From Cetorhinus maximus (lineage: Eukaryota): 64,000 bases of DNA. The notes beneath the pieces are model-generated. The model worked only from the letters and a program-made list of their open reading frames with translations. It was not told where the DNA came from and ran no database searches. Position numbers and translations under genes: made by a program. Each line of letters begins with the position of its first letter. Positions within the stretch are counted from its first letter, which is position 1. The stretch covers positions 177,754,001 to 177,818,000 of the forward strand of contig NC_135880.1 of assembly GCF_964194155.1 (NCBI RefSeq). Direction: 5' to 3'. Shown here piece after piece: positions 62,941-64,000 of this stretch.

Positions 62941-63361
62941 GGGCTGAATTTTCCCCCCATTGGGAGGGGTTGTGCAGGGGCAGGCGGGAGCGAGCGCAAA
63001 CCCAATCGGCGCCCCCGATCGGGTCCGCGCTGCCATTTCACGTGGGTGGGCCAATTAAGGCTCGCCCAACGTGACGCTCACCTGGAAGCGCTGAGCGCTC
63101 CCTGTGCAGGCAGGGGGAGGGGTGACTCCCTGAGCCAGGGCCTGCGCTCTTTCATGCAAGCGCTCAAAAGAGCACAGAAATCACCTTTGTGCCTCAGGGA
63201 GATTTGTTTAAGTTTTAAACATCTAAATAAAAGAATTAAAAACTTTTAAAACATGTCCCCTCATGTGAGCTGGGACATGTCAATGAATTTTTAAAATAAT
63301 TTTTATTGAATTTTAAAACACTTCATGAAACCTCATCCCACCCGTGGTAAATTTTTCCCCG
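62941..63361. mobile_element. GC-rich MITE-like element with imperfect terminal inverted repeats
   Basis: Starts GGGCTGAATTTT and ends AAATTTTTCCCC; CpG-rich relative to its flanks. Confidence 0.55.
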
Positions 63362-64000
63362 TGAAGTTGGTAGACTGATAGATTGTTACTCATCATATAA
63401 CTGCAGTGCAGCTGTAAATTGTGGCCCCCCAGGATATATATTCACATAACAATTAGTTCCTAGCACTTTACGAATTATATAACTAAAGAAATGGTCACCC
63501 CAATAGATATTTAATGGGAGAAAGTTTCTACTCATCCAATACTGGATGTCAGACAATGGAATTATTAAACACAATAAAAATTACTAGCCTAGACAGTTCT
63601 GTACCACAAAACACAGCACATTTAACACCAATTAATCCATTGGGGAGTTGCAATATTGTGCAGTTGCATAGAATGACTACAGTTAGTTAGCATTTTACCC
63701 TTCATCCAGGTAATAATCTCAGACAGTGTCAACTTTGCACCATCAGCAGTATACTGCAAAGGTGTAGAACTAGCCTTTCCAATACAGTATTAGAGAATAG
63801 TTTATTATTCTGTGAGGTGTATTCTAAAGTAGAATTTAGAGCAGAGGGTTGGCTTCATCACAGATTTAAGGTTTTGGGTAAGAGACACAGTGGGAAAAAT
63901 GAGAAAGAATTTTTTTTTACACTGCAAGTGGTAATGGCCTCACTGCTTATGAGGCTGCTGGAAGCTATGTGATCAATGATTTCAAAAGGAAATTGGATGG

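Overview
Vertebrate genomic DNA, most likely from a shark or other cartilaginous fish (inferred from the repeat families and gene sequences, not confirmed). It holds the conserved cluster SMU1 (last 5 coding exons, +), DNAJA1 (complete, 8 coding exons, -, 398 aa) and APTX/aprataxin (complete, 7 coding exons, +, about 360 aa), followed by an intronless actin-like 7A-type gene (+). Introns and intergenic DNA are dense with CR1, L2 and RTE LINE fragments, tRNA-derived SINEs, Penelope-like elements (PLEs) and one 5.1-kb Gmr1-like Gypsy LTR element that lacks most of pol. The most striking unexplained structure is a family of PLE-derived insertions carrying a minimal hammerhead-ribozyme-like motif. 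Four copies have exact 12-17 bp target-site duplications (TSDs), and three of these are asymmetric fold-backs. The largest (1.26 kb, near-perfect arms of about 600 bp) splits the putative APTX promoter. An APTX splice donor has also been duplicated by a 19-bp tandem repeat. Coordinates were counted by eye and no database searches were run.
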